A stretch of DNA of 64,000 bases from Lentimicrobiaceae bacterium (GTDB taxonomy: Bacteria > Bacteroidota > Bacteroidia > Bacteroidales > JAAYJT01). The notes under the pieces were generated by a model. It was not told the DNA's origin and did not search any database. It worked only from the letters and a program-made list of their open reading frames with translations. The stretch is taken from positions 14,945 through 78,944 of the forward strand of contig JBBIKG010000008.1 in NCBI GenBank assembly GCA_037445555.1, in the 5' to 3' direction. Shown here piece after piece: positions 1-10,391 of this stretch; the stretch's first letter is position 1, and each line of letters opens with the position of its first letter. The position numbers were made by a program, and so were the translations under genes.

Positions 1-292
1 CGTAATATACGGGATGTCCCTTTTCATCGAGATATTGCAGCTCTATCACTCGTCCGTCCGGAAGTTCTTCCCTGACCGGGAGGTTATTTCTTAGTGCAAA
101 GTTTAAAGCAATTCGTTTTTCACGAATTGCTGTTGCTTTCAGCTCTTCCGAGAACTTTTTCAGCTCTTCGGTTTTCTCCTTCGGGTAGGCGGCCTGCTGG
201 CCGGTAATTGTCTGCGAATGCAGGACAAGAGTGAAGATGGTCAGCCAGACAGGCAAATATCCTTTAAGACGGCGAATGAGATAATCCGACAT
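1..292 (-). CDS. N-terminal fragment of a secreted protein (continues past window start); possibly a subtilisin-like peptidase
   Basis: Own translation from the ATG (complement of 290-292): MSDYLIRRLKGYLPVWLTIFTLVLHSQTITGQQAAYPKEKTEELKKF...LPDGRVIELQYLDEKGHPVYY. It has a hydrophobic signal-like segment and stays open to position 1. It is absent from the ORF track because it is truncated. The peptidase idea is recollection only. Confidence 0.4.
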   Translation of the reverse strand, partial: MSDYLIRRLKGYLPVWLTIFTLVLHSQTITGQQAAYPKEKTEELKKFSEELKATAIREKRIALNFALRNNLPVREELPDGRVIELQYLDEKGHPVYY

Positions 293-341
293 ATTACAAC
301 CAGTAAAACGTTAAGTGCACTCCTGATGAGGCGAGTGACTA

Positions 342-349
342 CAAAGGTA
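342..349 (-). promoter_or_regulatory. Bacteroidetes-type -7 box (TACCTTTG on minus strand)
   Basis: Plus strand caaaggta is the reverse complement of TAnnTTTG. It lies about 50 nt upstream of the ATG at 292. Confidence 0.35.
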
Positions 350-373
350 CAAAACAAATGCGGATGCCATGGA

Positions 374-410
374 TGTAAAAAGAGCTGCTCCGTTGCCGGA
401 ACAGCTCTTT
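374..410 (-). terminator. Rho-independent terminator after the first susD-like gene
   Basis: aaagagctg(378-387)/cagctcttt(402-410) form a 9-bp stem with an inner tccg/cgga extension. A T-run follows on the minus strand. Confidence 0.55.
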
Positions 411-431
411 CAGTAATCAAATAAGGTTATC

Positions 432-1922
432 TTATGGATTCTGGACCATCTTGGGATTTGCTTTCATTTCGTCTTCGGGGATCATCCACTGCCAGCGGTT
501 GTCACCGGCCGGTACATCGAAAGTGAAAGCGAGAGAAGCAGTATGGTTTGCACCATTTCGGTTCAGGGCAATGTCGAGACGTTTCATATCATAGAACCTG
601 AAGCCTTCGCCCCAGAGCTCAATACGCCTGTGAAGAAGAATATGATCAATCAGGGCGGTACCGGTCAGGGTCGACTTCACATAGCCCGGGTCGCGTGATG
701 AAATCAGGGTGAACAACCTGTCTTGTGCCAGAGTGTTATTGCCGAAACGCGCATAGGCTTCTGCTTCGATCAGGTACATTTCTGCTACACGCATGTAGGG
801 GAAGTCTCCGCGGCTGTCAGCCTGGTCAACTGCCCTGAACTTGAAGTTATGGTGCGTGGTAGCTGTGAAGGTGGTCGGGATACCGGCAGCGGTAAGCCTT
901 GTGCGGGCAGCTGCCGATGTGGCTTCCCACCATTGTCTGCGCACGTCGGTAGCAGGTATCTGGTTATACAACAGAACATTACACCTTTTTGGGTTGGATC
1001 TGTTCATCGTAGAGCTGAAGTTGAACGACATATAGGCGTAGAACGAAAAGAAGAAGGTGGTTTGGTCTGACACCACTTCGCATCCCCAAATATACTCAGG
1101 GTTGGTGATTTTGCTGAACCCTTCGAGCAGCTGGGCCTGGCTCATCAGGCTGAGTCCGGCACGGGCGAGAGCAGCCATTTCATAAGCCGTCTGCCAGTTG
1201 CCGGTGGTAAGGGCAACGCGGGCCTTGATACCACGGGCCACAGCCACGCTGATATGAGATTTGGCTCTGGTAGGCTTACCGTTGAGCAGCGCAATGGCAT
1301 CATCCAGGTCTTTGTTGATCTGTGTGTACACCTCTTCGACCGTCGCGCGGGCCTGGGGTTCGGTAGTGCTCTTGATCATAATGGGCACGCCAAGCTGGGT
1401 GTTGGGTTTTGCCGTCCAGTTATAGCGTTTGCCGTAGATTTGCACCAGCTGGTAGTGTGCCCATCCCCGGTAGGCAAGCGCCTGTCCTTTGATGTGATCT
1501 TTTTCAGATGCGACCCCTGTGGCGTTGTCGATGTTTTCAAGAATCATGTTACAGTTGGCAATGACCCTGTAATACATACGCCAGGCAAAATACACGGTGG
1601 CGTTGGTTGAGGTCATATGACCCCTCCATTGATGGTGGGTGTTGTACCAACCTGAACCGGCAGCAGTCATTACAATGTCTTCGCCGAGGTAATCGGAATT
1701 GATACACATGCTCTGTTCGCCGGCCTGGTCTTGCTGCGCCCATTGCATGTAGAGCAACCGGTGAATGCCGTTGATGGCTCCCCAGGCATTTTTGGTAGTG
1801 GCGAACACGGTCGATGGGCCGACGGAGTCGGAAGGAATCGTGTCAAGATAATCTTTGCTGCACCCCTGTGCAAGCAAGAGTGCTGCTACGGCTAATATAC
1901 TGTTTCTAAATATTCTTTTCAT
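432..1922 (-). CDS. SusD/RagB-family nutrient-binding outer-membrane lipoprotein
   Basis: 496-aa ORF with a lipoprotein signal (LLLAQGCSKDYLD). It sits immediately downstream of a SusC-like gene and has a typical SusD length and TPR-like composition. Confidence 0.9.
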   Translation of the reverse strand: MKRIFRNSILAVAALLLAQGCSKDYLDTIPSDSVGPSTVFATTKNAWGAINGIHRLLYMQWAQQDQAGEQSMCINSDYLGEDIVMTAAGSGWYNTHHQWRGHMTSTNATVYFAWRMYYRVIANCNMILENIDNATGVASEKDHIKGQALAYRGWAHYQLVQIYGKRYNWTAKPNTQLGVPIMIKSTTEPQARATVEEVYTQINKDLDDAIALLNGKPTRAKSHISVAVARGIKARVALTTGNWQTAYEMAALARAGLSLMSQAQLLEGFSKITNPEYIWGCEVVSDQTTFFFSFYAYMSFNFSSTMNRSNPKRCNVLLYNQIPATDVRRQWWEATSAAARTRLTAAGIPTTFTATTHHNFKFRAVDQADSRGDFPYMRVAEMYLIEAEAYARFGNNTLAQDRLFTLISSRDPGYVKSTLTGTALIDHILLHRRIELWGEGFRFYDMKRLDIALNRNGANHTASLAFTFDVPAGDNRWQWMIPEDEMKANPKMVQNP

Positions 1923-1933
1923 GTCTGTAAAGA

Positions 1934-4900
1934 TTAAAGTGATAAGTCAAGACCGAACGTAAAAATGCGGGCCGGTTGGTAGAAATTGCCCGGCACTCCG
2001 GAGAATGCCTGGTTTACGTCCATCCCGCGCCTTTTCGAGAACAGTCTCAGGTTCTCGGCGCTGAAGTAGGCTTTTGCACGCTGCAAAGTCAGCTTCTGTG
2101 CCAGCGACTTTGGCAGGTCATAATAGAGATTTACGGCACGCACATTCAGGTAGGATGCATCGATGAGCCAGCGGGTCGAGCCAGCTCCGAAATTCGATGT
2201 CTGCGCAGCGTCGAGGCGTGGTACATCGGTCTTGTCGCCGGGCTTTTGCCAACGGTTCAGGATATCCACATGATATGATCCGCCATAGTTACCGGCGCTC
2301 ATCAAACTGGCGTAAGGGCTGTCATAAACATAGCCACCCAGCTGCCAGCTTAACAGCACAGTAAGCTCCAGATTCCTGTATTTGAAGCTGTTGGTGAAAC
2401 CACCCAGCAGGTCGGGAATAGCGCTTCCTTTAAAATCGTAAAGGGCATGGCTGGGATTGGTGGTAAGGGTATCCTTGTCAAACACCCTGATGTTTGTTAA
2501 AGCGAGTTTGCGATCCCAGGCATATAGTGCCGCGCCATCGGCAGGGTCAACCCCCTTGTACACGCGCAACCAGTAATCATAGATTCCTTTACCTACCATC
2601 AGCTTCTTGGTGCCGGAGATGATTTCCTGAGGTTTGCCGTCTTTATCAAGGGGCATCTTCTTGATTTCATTGGTAAACTTGGTGAAGTTGACGTCGATGT
2701 TCCAGGTGAAGTTCTTTTTCTGGATGATATCGGTACCCAGCCTGAACTCGATACCGCGGTTTTCAACCGAACCGATGTTTTTCAACTCGCTGGTGATACC
2801 GCTTGAGATCGGCAGAGGTACATCGAATAACAGGTCGAGCGAGCTACGGTTGAAGTATTCGATGGTACCCACCATGCGGTTGAAGAAACCAAAGTCGAGG
2901 CCGACGCCCCAGTTATGGTTCGATTCCCATTTCAGGCCGCGGCTTTCAAGCTTCGACTGGTACATACCGGGCTCCGTAGCGTTGTTGCGTCCGAGCAGGT
3001 AAAGGGCTTGCCAGGCATAGTAGTTGCTTCCGCCACCCAATGCATCGCTACCAACCTGTCCGTATGAGGCCCTGAGTTTCGCCATATTGATCCAGGCTTG
3101 CTTGGCGAGGAATTTTTCCTTGTCAATACGCCAGCCCAAACCGAAGGAGAAGAAATTACCCCAACGGTTGTCTTTATAGAAACGTGAGGAACCATCGCGG
3201 CGGAACGAACCTGACAGCAGGTATTTTCCGTCGAAGTCGTAGTTGACACGGCCCAGGTATGATTCCTGCCTGTAATTATCCACATATGAGGTAAGCGAGT
3301 TGGTGGTTGTAAAGTTCACGAGTTCTGTATTTCCGTCGAGGATAATGTCCTGTCTGAAGCCATAGAAATATTCATACTTATACGAGTAATTTTCATGGCC
3401 TGCCAGGAAATCGAACCCGTGTTTACCCATATTCTTTTTGTACGAAAGAAGCTGGCTGTTGGTGTTGGTAGTAGAGAGCGAGTTGGTACGGCTCGAACGT
3501 CCGGCCGGTGAGCCATCGCCCACAAAACGGTTGTCGAAATTGGCTGAGTTGTAGGCATTCACGTCGAGGCTGAAATTGAACGTAAGGGCCAGGCCTTCCA
3601 TCAAGCGGAATTCGCCGTAGGTTTTGGCGTTGATTACGTTGCGGGTGAAGAGGTCATCATTCCACAATGTTTCGGCTACGGCATGACGGCCAGGCGAAGC
3701 GCCTGAAGCGCGGTTAGGAATGCCGGCGATCTGTCCCCAGTCGAAAATTTTGTTGCCATAATCGTCCACGGCATACGTGCCCGGAGTTTTACCCACGGTG
3801 TTTCCGAATTGGTAAACGCCCCAGATTGGATATATAGGACCAATGGAGCGGGTCCAGCGGAACGGGTTGACAAAACCTGTGCTACTACCGTCACGGGCTG
3901 ATTGTGACTGAGAGCGGTTTGCGGCAAGATTAAATCCGGTCTTGAACCATGACTTCAGTTGCGAGTTCATGTTGATACGCCCGGTGAAGCGTTTGAAATC
4001 CGATTCGATCAGGTATCCCTTGTCATCGAGGTAGCCCAGCGAAACATAATGGTCGCTCTTTTGCGAACCGCCCGAGAAGGTAACATTGAACTCCTTGCGG
4101 TCGCCAAGACGGAGCAGTTGCTTTTCCCAGTCAAGGTCTTCCTGGGTGTAAATCAGAGTGGCTGCGGGGTTGAGGGTACCATTTTCCAGCATGATCTGGG
4201 TGGGATCAATGTTGTAAGGGTTGAATAACAGGTTCTGGAAAATGTCATTGAAGTTGGTATTGGGAATACCCAGTCCCGTGTTGCTGTACACCTGCAATCC
4301 GGATGCATTCCTGTTTCCCCAGGTACCAGAGGCAACTTTACTTGCATCGGCCAGCGGCAGGTTGATGGTACGGCTGTAGGCAAGGCTGTTGCGGTATGAC
4401 TCCCAGTTGACGGGATAGTAGTCTTTTTCGCCTATTAGCTCATACTCATCCAAACCGCGGGTGCTGAACCCCTGGGTGGCCCTCACCGTGAATGTGCTGC
4501 GATCTTTGTTCCCTCTCTTGGTGGTGACCATGATCACGCCGTTGGCGGCGCGGTTTCCGTAAAGGGCGGTGGCTGCAGCATCTTTCAGGATGGTGATGCT
4601 CTCGATGTCGGCAGGGTTGAGGTTGCTGAGGGCGTAGTCATAGGGTGCGCCGTCCACTACATACAAGGGGGCATTTGAGAAGTTAACCGACCCAAAACCC
4701 CTGATGCGTATATCCTGTCCGGCACCCGGCTGGCCGCTGCCCGAGGTAACCTGCACACCGGGTGTCTGGCCTTCGATAGCGCGGCTGATGTTGGAGATGG
4801 GACGCGACTCAATTTTCTGGCTTCCCACCACCGTGGCTGAACCGGTAAAGGTGCCTCGCGTGGCGGTACCGTAGGCCATGACGACCACTTCGTCAAGCGC

Positions 4901-5200
4901 TTCGGCTGTGGGCTCCATCACCACATTAATAACATTTCTTCCGGCGATGGCTATTTCCTGGGTCCTCATGCCAATAAAACTGAAGACCAAAGTAGTAGCG
5001 TTTGCCGGAACATTCAGCGTGTAATTACCGTTGACATTGGTCACCACACCGGTGGTAGTGCCCTTGACCACGATAGATACACTGGGTATGCCTTTGCCAT
5101 CCTCGCTGCTGGTTACAGCTCCGGTGATGGTCCGCTGAGCATACGCTACCTGCACTGCTGATAGCATGCAGGCAAGCAGAAACAACGCAATTTTTCTCAT
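1934..5200 (-). CDS. SusC/RagA-family TonB-dependent outer-membrane transporter
   Basis: 1088 aa. It has a signal peptide, a carboxypeptidase-regulatory-like N-domain (ITGAVTSSEDGKGIPSVSIVVKGTTTGVVTNVNGNYTL), a plug (DEVVVMAYG) and a beta-barrel ending in ...FGLDLSL. Confidence 0.95.
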   Translation of the reverse strand: MRKIALFLLACMLSAVQVAYAQRTITGAVTSSEDGKGIPSVSIVVKGTTTGVVTNVNGNYTLNVPANATTLVFSFIGMRTQEIAIAGRNVINVVMEPTAEALDEVVVMAYGTATRGTFTGSATVVGSQKIESRPISNISRAIEGQTPGVQVTSGSGQPGAGQDIRIRGFGSVNFSNAPLYVVDGAPYDYALSNLNPADIESITILKDAAATALYGNRAANGVIMVTTKRGNKDRSTFTVRATQGFSTRGLDEYELIGEKDYYPVNWESYRNSLAYSRTINLPLADASKVASGTWGNRNASGLQVYSNTGLGIPNTNFNDIFQNLLFNPYNIDPTQIMLENGTLNPAATLIYTQEDLDWEKQLLRLGDRKEFNVTFSGGSQKSDHYVSLGYLDDKGYLIESDFKRFTGRINMNSQLKSWFKTGFNLAANRSQSQSARDGSSTGFVNPFRWTRSIGPIYPIWGVYQFGNTVGKTPGTYAVDDYGNKIFDWGQIAGIPNRASGASPGRHAVAETLWNDDLFTRNVINAKTYGEFRLMEGLALTFNFSLDVNAYNSANFDNRFVGDGSPAGRSSRTNSLSTTNTNSQLLSYKKNMGKHGFDFLAGHENYSYKYEYFYGFRQDIILDGNTELVNFTTTNSLTSYVDNYRQESYLGRVNYDFDGKYLLSGSFRRDGSSRFYKDNRWGNFFSFGLGWRIDKEKFLAKQAWINMAKLRASYGQVGSDALGGGSNYYAWQALYLLGRNNATEPGMYQSKLESRGLKWESNHNWGVGLDFGFFNRMVGTIEYFNRSSLDLLFDVPLPISSGITSELKNIGSVENRGIEFRLGTDIIQKKNFTWNIDVNFTKFTNEIKKMPLDKDGKPQEIISGTKKLMVGKGIYDYWLRVYKGVDPADGAALYAWDRKLALTNIRVFDKDTLTTNPSHALYDFKGSAIPDLLGGFTNSFKYRNLELTVLLSWQLGGYVYDSPYASLMSAGNYGGSYHVDILNRWQKPGDKTDVPRLDAAQTSNFGAGSTRWLIDASYLNVRAVNLYYDLPKSLAQKLTLQRAKAYFSAENLRLFSKRRGMDVNQAFSGVPGNFYQPARIFTFGLDLSL

Positions 5201-5343
5201 AAGACTTGATTTTGGTTAGGAAATGTTTGAAAAGGTTGATAATACCTGAATATTGTAATAAAACATTATGTCAGCTAAGTGACTGATTTTATATGGTGTT
5301 ACAAAATTTTGGCACCAGAGTATGTTCCATTCCGAAAAGCGAG

Positions 5344-5353
5344 TGCTAATATA
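5344..5353 (-). promoter_or_regulatory. Conserved 10-mer TATATTAGCA (minus strand) upstream of susC copy 1; near-consensus -7 box or regulator site
   Basis: tgctaatata is identical at 5344-5353, 10236-10245 and 15277-15286. Each copy is preceded on the minus strand by a TTTTTG-like stretch. Confidence 0.4.
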
Positions 5354-5396
5354 ACAATTTTTAATATTCTGCTTTTCAAACTCTTTTTTTTTTAAC

Positions 5397-5431
5397 AAAA
5401 AGAGGCTGCCCTTGTGAGGCAGCCTCTTCGT
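5397..5431 (-). terminator. Rho-independent terminator after the second susD-like gene
   Basis: agaggctgcc(5401-5410)/ggcagcctct(5418-5427) form a 10-bp stem. A T-run follows on the minus strand (aaaa at 5397-5400 on plus). Confidence 0.7.
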
Positions 5432-5448
5432 GTTAAAAAGAAATTTCG

Positions 5449-6870
5449 TTACGGAACATCCCACCACACTCGCATGGTGACTGATTTGTCCTTTGGCATA
5501 TTTACGCCATTATACAACCTTTCATCCTGCGGGTAGATAAACCTGCGGGGGATGACACCGGCAGTAACGTTTCCTACAGCGGGAGTCAGGGTCGGAATAC
5601 CGGTTCTTCTCCAGTCGCAATAAGCCTCGGGCTGCATATACAGGTGGGTATATTTGGCGAGGATGATTTGCTGGATAGTGATGTTGGCATCCGTAATTGC
5701 TCCGTAGTTGGTGGTGACCCATGCGGCATCGGCCACACCGTACTGCGACAGTGAGGCATTGATACCATCGCGCAGCGCCTGTGCAGCACCGGCGGTGCTG
5801 GTACGGAAACGCCATTCGGCCTCTATAAACTTCACCTCGGCAAAGGTCATGTAGTAAGCCGGTGAGTTGCGACTGGCCATGGCGGGTCCGGCCCAGTTGG
5901 CAGAAGTAAGCTGGGCACCGGGATTTGAGCCCACATATGTTGTGGGTACAGTAAAACTGGTCGCACTGGTGCCCGAGAAATACCTGGGCCGGCGCGGGTC
6001 GGAATTGGCATTCATCAGGTTAACGATGTACGCACCGGCCCTGATGTCGCCACGATTGGTTTCGAAGTTATACACAGGACCTGTTTCTACAGAAGGGGTA
6101 CCAAAAGTAAACTGGAAATTGTCGGCATTTGCAGCCAGCAAACCTCCGGCGGTTATCAATTGTCCAACAGTGGTCCAGTTGCCGTCGCGTTTTTGTTTAT
6201 GCAGCGCATACTTCAATTTCAGCGACCGGGCAGCCTGAGCCCAACGGGTAATATTGCCCCTGTAAATCAGGTCGTCCACGGTGCCGGGCGCCGGAACGCC
6301 CAGGGGTGCAGCCGTAGCGAATTTTGCAATGGCATCGTCGAGCAGGGTATTGATGGTGGTAAAAATCTGCTGCTGCGTATCATAGGGCGACTGCAGTTTG
6401 GTTTCTCCAATCAACGCCTGGCTGTAAGGAATGTCATCCCAAACATCGGTGAGCATGCCCAGCACATGAGCGGTCATCACGTTGATAACACCTATGTAGT
6501 GGATAGCACCGAGGGCGGTTGCTTTTTCCCTGGCTTTGGCCAGGTCTTTAAGCGCCCCGCCGTAAATGGTATTCCACAGGTTATTGATGTCCGACTCACT
6601 CTGCTGGTAGGTTTCAAAACCGTAGGCCTGGCGGTCAACACCCGATGAGTGTTGCATCCAGATGGCCGGGAAACGGGCATAGTCGCCGGCATAGCAATAG
6701 GCTACGGCAGCGGCGGCCGAAGGTAACAGCAGATTCAGGGGAACATCTGAAGGAGAGTTCGGATTGATGTTGTAATCAGGGTCGATCCATTTCTCGCACG
6801 AGCTGAATAGCAAAAGGAATGAGAGCGAGAATGCTGCGATAATCTTATGTATATTTTTCATGTCTGGCAA
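5449..6870 (-). CDS. SusD-like (SusD_like_2-type) outer-membrane lipoprotein
   Basis: 473 aa with a lipoprotein signal (LLLFSSCEKW). It lies 3 nt downstream of a SusC-like gene. It is divergent from the other two SusD copies. Confidence 0.8.
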   Translation of the reverse strand: MPDMKNIHKIIAAFSLSFLLLFSSCEKWIDPDYNINPNSPSDVPLNLLLPSAAAAVAYCYAGDYARFPAIWMQHSSGVDRQAYGFETYQQSESDINNLWNTIYGGALKDLAKAREKATALGAIHYIGVINVMTAHVLGMLTDVWDDIPYSQALIGETKLQSPYDTQQQIFTTINTLLDDAIAKFATAAPLGVPAPGTVDDLIYRGNITRWAQAARSLKLKYALHKQKRDGNWTTVGQLITAGGLLAANADNFQFTFGTPSVETGPVYNFETNRGDIRAGAYIVNLMNANSDPRRPRYFSGTSATSFTVPTTYVGSNPGAQLTSANWAGPAMASRNSPAYYMTFAEVKFIEAEWRFRTSTAGAAQALRDGINASLSQYGVADAAWVTTNYGAITDANITIQQIILAKYTHLYMQPEAYCDWRRTGIPTLTPAVGNVTAGVIPRRFIYPQDERLYNGVNMPKDKSVTMRVWWDVP

Positions 6871-6873
6871 TTA

Positions 6874-9800
6874 TTAGAAGTTTAACTTAAGACCAACCGT
6901 AAATGTCTTTGTGCCGGGCATGTTGAAGTATTCAAGTCCCTGTGCATTGTTCGAGCCATAGAGGCTGGTTTCGGGGTCAACACCTGAAAACGGGGTATCC
7001 AGCCACAGGTTGCGTCCGGTAGCATAGATTTCGGCACCATACAGGAAGGCTTTGCCGACGAGTTTTGCAGGCAACGTGTATGAAAGCGTCACCTCGCGAA
7101 GGCGCACCCAGTCGGTTGCTTCAACAAACTGCGATCCGGCGCCAAAGAAACCGCCGCCTTCGTTCTGATACCACGATTGGTTCAGAGTCATCGGGATGGA
7201 AACCTTGGTGCCAATGCCTTCCGAATTCAGCGTGGAGAGGCCTACACCATCGTATTTGTAAGTAGCTCCCCGCTGTTCGGTATCTTTGTGCGTACCGAAC
7301 TGATACATGGCTCCCTCGGTTCCGTTCCACATATAACCTCCTTTTTTCACTTCGATCAGGAAGGTGAAGTTGATGCCTTTAAAGCTGAGTCCGTTGTTGA
7401 TGCCCAGGGTATAGTCGGGCAGCACATCGCCTAGCGCTGCATCTGCGGCAGACAGGATCGGCCAGCCGTATTTGGCATTGGCAACACCGCCTATGGTAGC
7501 GCGGTCGTCTATGATCAGGTTTCCGTTTTTGTCTTTGCGGAATTCGCTGCCAAAGATGCTTCCATACGAGTTACCTACAACGGCGCGGGCCTGAGCAGAG
7601 GTAAACCCACCGAGGAATACGTTGGGAACGCCTTCGGCCAGCGACAGAACCTTGTTCTTGTTGCGGGTAAAGTTGAAGTTCATGTTCCAGTGGAAATCTT
7701 TGGTTTTAACCGGGCTGAGTGACAGAACGGCTTCAATACCTTTGTTTTCCATGCTTCCTGCGTTGAGGTTAGCGCTGTAGTACCCGGATGATTTTGCCAC
7801 AGGTACAGCCAGGATCAGGTCTTCGTTGAGGATCTCGTAGTAGGTGAGATCAAGACCGACTTTTCCTTTCAGGAACCTCAGATCGGCTCCTACCTCCCAG
7901 GTGGTGGCTTTTTCGGGCTTGAGATTGGCATTGGGCAGGGTGTTGGTTACCGTAAAGCCCGATGACCCAAAGGCAGGGAATGAGATGGCCGTAGTGGTCC
8001 AACCGTCGCCAAAGGCAGCCGTCGGGAAGGTAGGCTGTGTGCCGTAGATAGGAGCATCGTTGGCAATTTTTGAATACGATCCCCTGAGTTTTCCAAACGA
8101 AAGGATGTTGTTGTCTTTTAGTGGGGCCAACTCTGTGAAGATGAAGCTACCGCTTACAGACGGGAACCCGAAGTTGTTGTAATCTTTGGGTAACGATGTG
8201 CTCCATTCGTGCCTGTAGGTGGCATTTAAGTAAAGCATCGACTGGTACGACAAACTGAGGTCGGCGTACATGGCCATGGTGCGTTTCCGGTTGAGCGATT
8301 CAAAAGCCTCCCTGGTTGATGCATTGCCGATATTCCGGTAATTCGGAATTACCAGAGTGGTGCCACGCATAAATACATTCTGCATCCTGGTCTGATACAG
8401 GTTATTACCAAGAATAAGAGCAGATGATAGTCCGGGGATAAACTCGCGGTTGATGGTCAGGAACACATCCTGGGTGATGTCGTGATTGGTGTAATTATCT
8501 TCTATGATACGACCTGAGGCAATGGTACGCGAGCCAATTTCGAAAAACTGCCTGCGGCGGTCAGCATAAAAGTCGTTCCCGACGCGATACGTAAGATTGA
8601 TCCAGTCGGCAAAGGTAGCAACCGTGTTAAAACTGGTGGTGATGCGGTCTACCACGTCGTTGAACGGGTTGTTGTTTACCGTCCAGTAGGGATTATCATA
8701 CCCTCCGCCGCGATGCTGGTTCCTTTGTGTCCAGTTGGCAAAGCGGTATGACTGCCATTCTTCCCATGGTTTGTCGAAACCTGCGGCATTGTCCCAGCTT
8801 GGAGCCTGACGCATAAGGCTGAGCATAACTCCTGAGGTGTTGGAGCCTTGCTGAATACGGGTACCGCCCGAGTTGGTATAGGTTACCTTGGCACCGCTGG
8901 TGAGCCAGCGTGAAAATTTATGCTCGGCGTTCATGGTGAATGAGGAACGGGTCCACTGGTTGAGCGGAACGATTCCCTTTGAGTTCAGGTGTCCTACCGA
9001 GAAAAAATATTTGGTCTGGTCATTACCGCCCGACAACGAAATATTGTTATTCAGGCTGATTCCATCAACCCAGAAATTCTTGGCATTATCAATAGGAACA
9101 ACCACGGCGCCGGCGTTGGCATCCGTTGATGGAACTATCACACCCTTAAAGTCGCCGAGTTTGGCATCATAGTAATACGGGTCTTTTGTTGTTTTTGAGT
9201 GCCTAAGGTCGGTCAGCTTCGGGCCCCAGGCAGAGGTCGAGTTATTGACATATGCACCGGCTGAACCCTGTGCATATATAAGCTGCATGGGAGGTAACTG
9301 CGTAACCCGATCTACTGACATGTAACTGTTCACGCTGATATTCAGCTTCTTGCCGGGAGTAGCAGCGCCTTTCTTGGTGGTGATGATTACCACACCGTTA
9401 GCAGCCCGCAGGCCATAGAGTGCAGTGGCGGCACCACCCTTGAGCACGCTGAGGCTCTCGATATCGCTCGGATTGATATCCATAGCGCGGTTTGAATAGG
9501 CAACCCCGGCTGTCAGGGTTTCGGTAGCCAGCTGTGAGTTGTCGATAGGGATACCGTCAACCACAAACAGAGGCTGGTTGTTGCCGGTAATTGACGACAT
9601 TCCTCGGACTACCAGGAACGAAGAACCACCGGCAGCACCTGTCGAGCTGGTAACCTGTACACCGGCCACCTTGCCGCTCAGGCTGTTCACCATATTGGTG
9701 TTCGACGATTTGGTAAGCTCCTCGCCGCCTACTGCCTGAATAGAATACCCCAGAGCTTTGGCTTCGCGCTTGATACCGATGGCCGTAACTACCACCCCTT

Positions 9801-10104
9801 CGATATCCAGCACGTCGGGATTGAGGCGTACATTGATCACCGACTGGTTTTCGATGGCCACCTCACTGGTTTTCATCCCTACGAATGAAAACACCAGTAC
9901 ACGCGCATTGGCAGGAACAGACAGCTGGTATTTGCCGGCCAGGTCGGTGGTGACACCGATTGTGGTCCCTTTCACGACCACGGACACACCGGGAATGGCT
10001 GATCCATCCTCGGCGTTGGCTACCGTACCAGTGATTGTTCTTTGCGCCAGCACTGCCTGAAATGCAAATAGCATACAGACAAGCAACATTGTAATTTTTC
10101 TCAT
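6874..10104 (-). CDS. SusC/RagA-family TonB-dependent outer-membrane transporter
   Basis: 1076 aa. Its N-terminus is paralogous to the other two copies (MRKITMLLVCMLFAFQAVLAQRTITGTV...). It has plug and barrel regions and a terminal F. Confidence 0.95.
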   Translation of the reverse strand: MRKITMLLVCMLFAFQAVLAQRTITGTVANAEDGSAIPGVSVVVKGTTIGVTTDLAGKYQLSVPANARVLVFSFVGMKTSEVAIENQSVINVRLNPDVLDIEGVVVTAIGIKREAKALGYSIQAVGGEELTKSSNTNMVNSLSGKVAGVQVTSSTGAAGGSSFLVVRGMSSITGNNQPLFVVDGIPIDNSQLATETLTAGVAYSNRAMDINPSDIESLSVLKGGAATALYGLRAANGVVIITTKKGAATPGKKLNISVNSYMSVDRVTQLPPMQLIYAQGSAGAYVNNSTSAWGPKLTDLRHSKTTKDPYYYDAKLGDFKGVIVPSTDANAGAVVVPIDNAKNFWVDGISLNNNISLSGGNDQTKYFFSVGHLNSKGIVPLNQWTRSSFTMNAEHKFSRWLTSGAKVTYTNSGGTRIQQGSNTSGVMLSLMRQAPSWDNAAGFDKPWEEWQSYRFANWTQRNQHRGGGYDNPYWTVNNNPFNDVVDRITTSFNTVATFADWINLTYRVGNDFYADRRRQFFEIGSRTIASGRIIEDNYTNHDITQDVFLTINREFIPGLSSALILGNNLYQTRMQNVFMRGTTLVIPNYRNIGNASTREAFESLNRKRTMAMYADLSLSYQSMLYLNATYRHEWSTSLPKDYNNFGFPSVSGSFIFTELAPLKDNNILSFGKLRGSYSKIANDAPIYGTQPTFPTAAFGDGWTTTAISFPAFGSSGFTVTNTLPNANLKPEKATTWEVGADLRFLKGKVGLDLTYYEILNEDLILAVPVAKSSGYYSANLNAGSMENKGIEAVLSLSPVKTKDFHWNMNFNFTRNKNKVLSLAEGVPNVFLGGFTSAQARAVVGNSYGSIFGSEFRKDKNGNLIIDDRATIGGVANAKYGWPILSAADAALGDVLPDYTLGINNGLSFKGINFTFLIEVKKGGYMWNGTEGAMYQFGTHKDTEQRGATYKYDGVGLSTLNSEGIGTKVSIPMTLNQSWYQNEGGGFFGAGSQFVEATDWVRLREVTLSYTLPAKLVGKAFLYGAEIYATGRNLWLDTPFSGVDPETSLYGSNNAQGLEYFNMPGTKTFTVGLKLNF

Positions 10105-10235
10105 ACTGATTTGATTTTGGTTAGAACTGTTAAAACTTTGATAGAACTTGACTTGGTTTGTTTCGCATACTTGTCATTCACATATTTTTGGTTAGACATA
10201 TTTGTTAAAAAGAAGTGATTCAATTACCTACAATC

Positions 10236-10245
10236 TGCTAATATA
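10236..10245 (-). promoter_or_regulatory. Conserved 10-mer TATATTAGCA upstream of susC copy 2
   Basis: Same 10-mer as at 5344 and 15277, about 135 nt upstream of the start codon. Confidence 0.4.
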
Positions 10246-10330
10246 CTATCAAAAAGCATTTGTTACACAAAAATGCATAATTTTTATAAAAAAGTAAGCG
10301 CGATATGCAATCAAAGATAGTAAATTTAAT

Positions 10331-10367
10331 GACAGGAGGCCGCCTCAATCCGAGGCGGCCTCCTGTC
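10331..10367 (-). terminator. Strong hairpin terminator after the third susD-like gene
   Basis: gacaggaggccgcctc / gaggcggcctcctgtc form a perfect 16-bp stem with a 5-nt loop, 25 nt past the stop codon. Confidence 0.7.
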
Positions 10368-10391
10368 ATTATCCTACTATAAGGTGTTTGA

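Noticed and set aside
218-424. 68-aa plus-strand ORF between the first susD-like gene and the downstream secreted-protein gene.
   Set aside because: It overlaps the start of the minus-strand secreted-protein CDS, as well as the minus-strand promoter and terminator. It has no recognisable motif.
5216-5467. 83-aa ORF in the susD2-susC1 intergenic region. Similar ORFs lie at 15149-15340 (-) and 15260-15532 (+) upstream of susC3.
   Set aside because: These regions are AT-rich promoter and terminator sequence. The ORFs span the terminator hairpin or the conserved leader motifs, and their translations are low-complexity.
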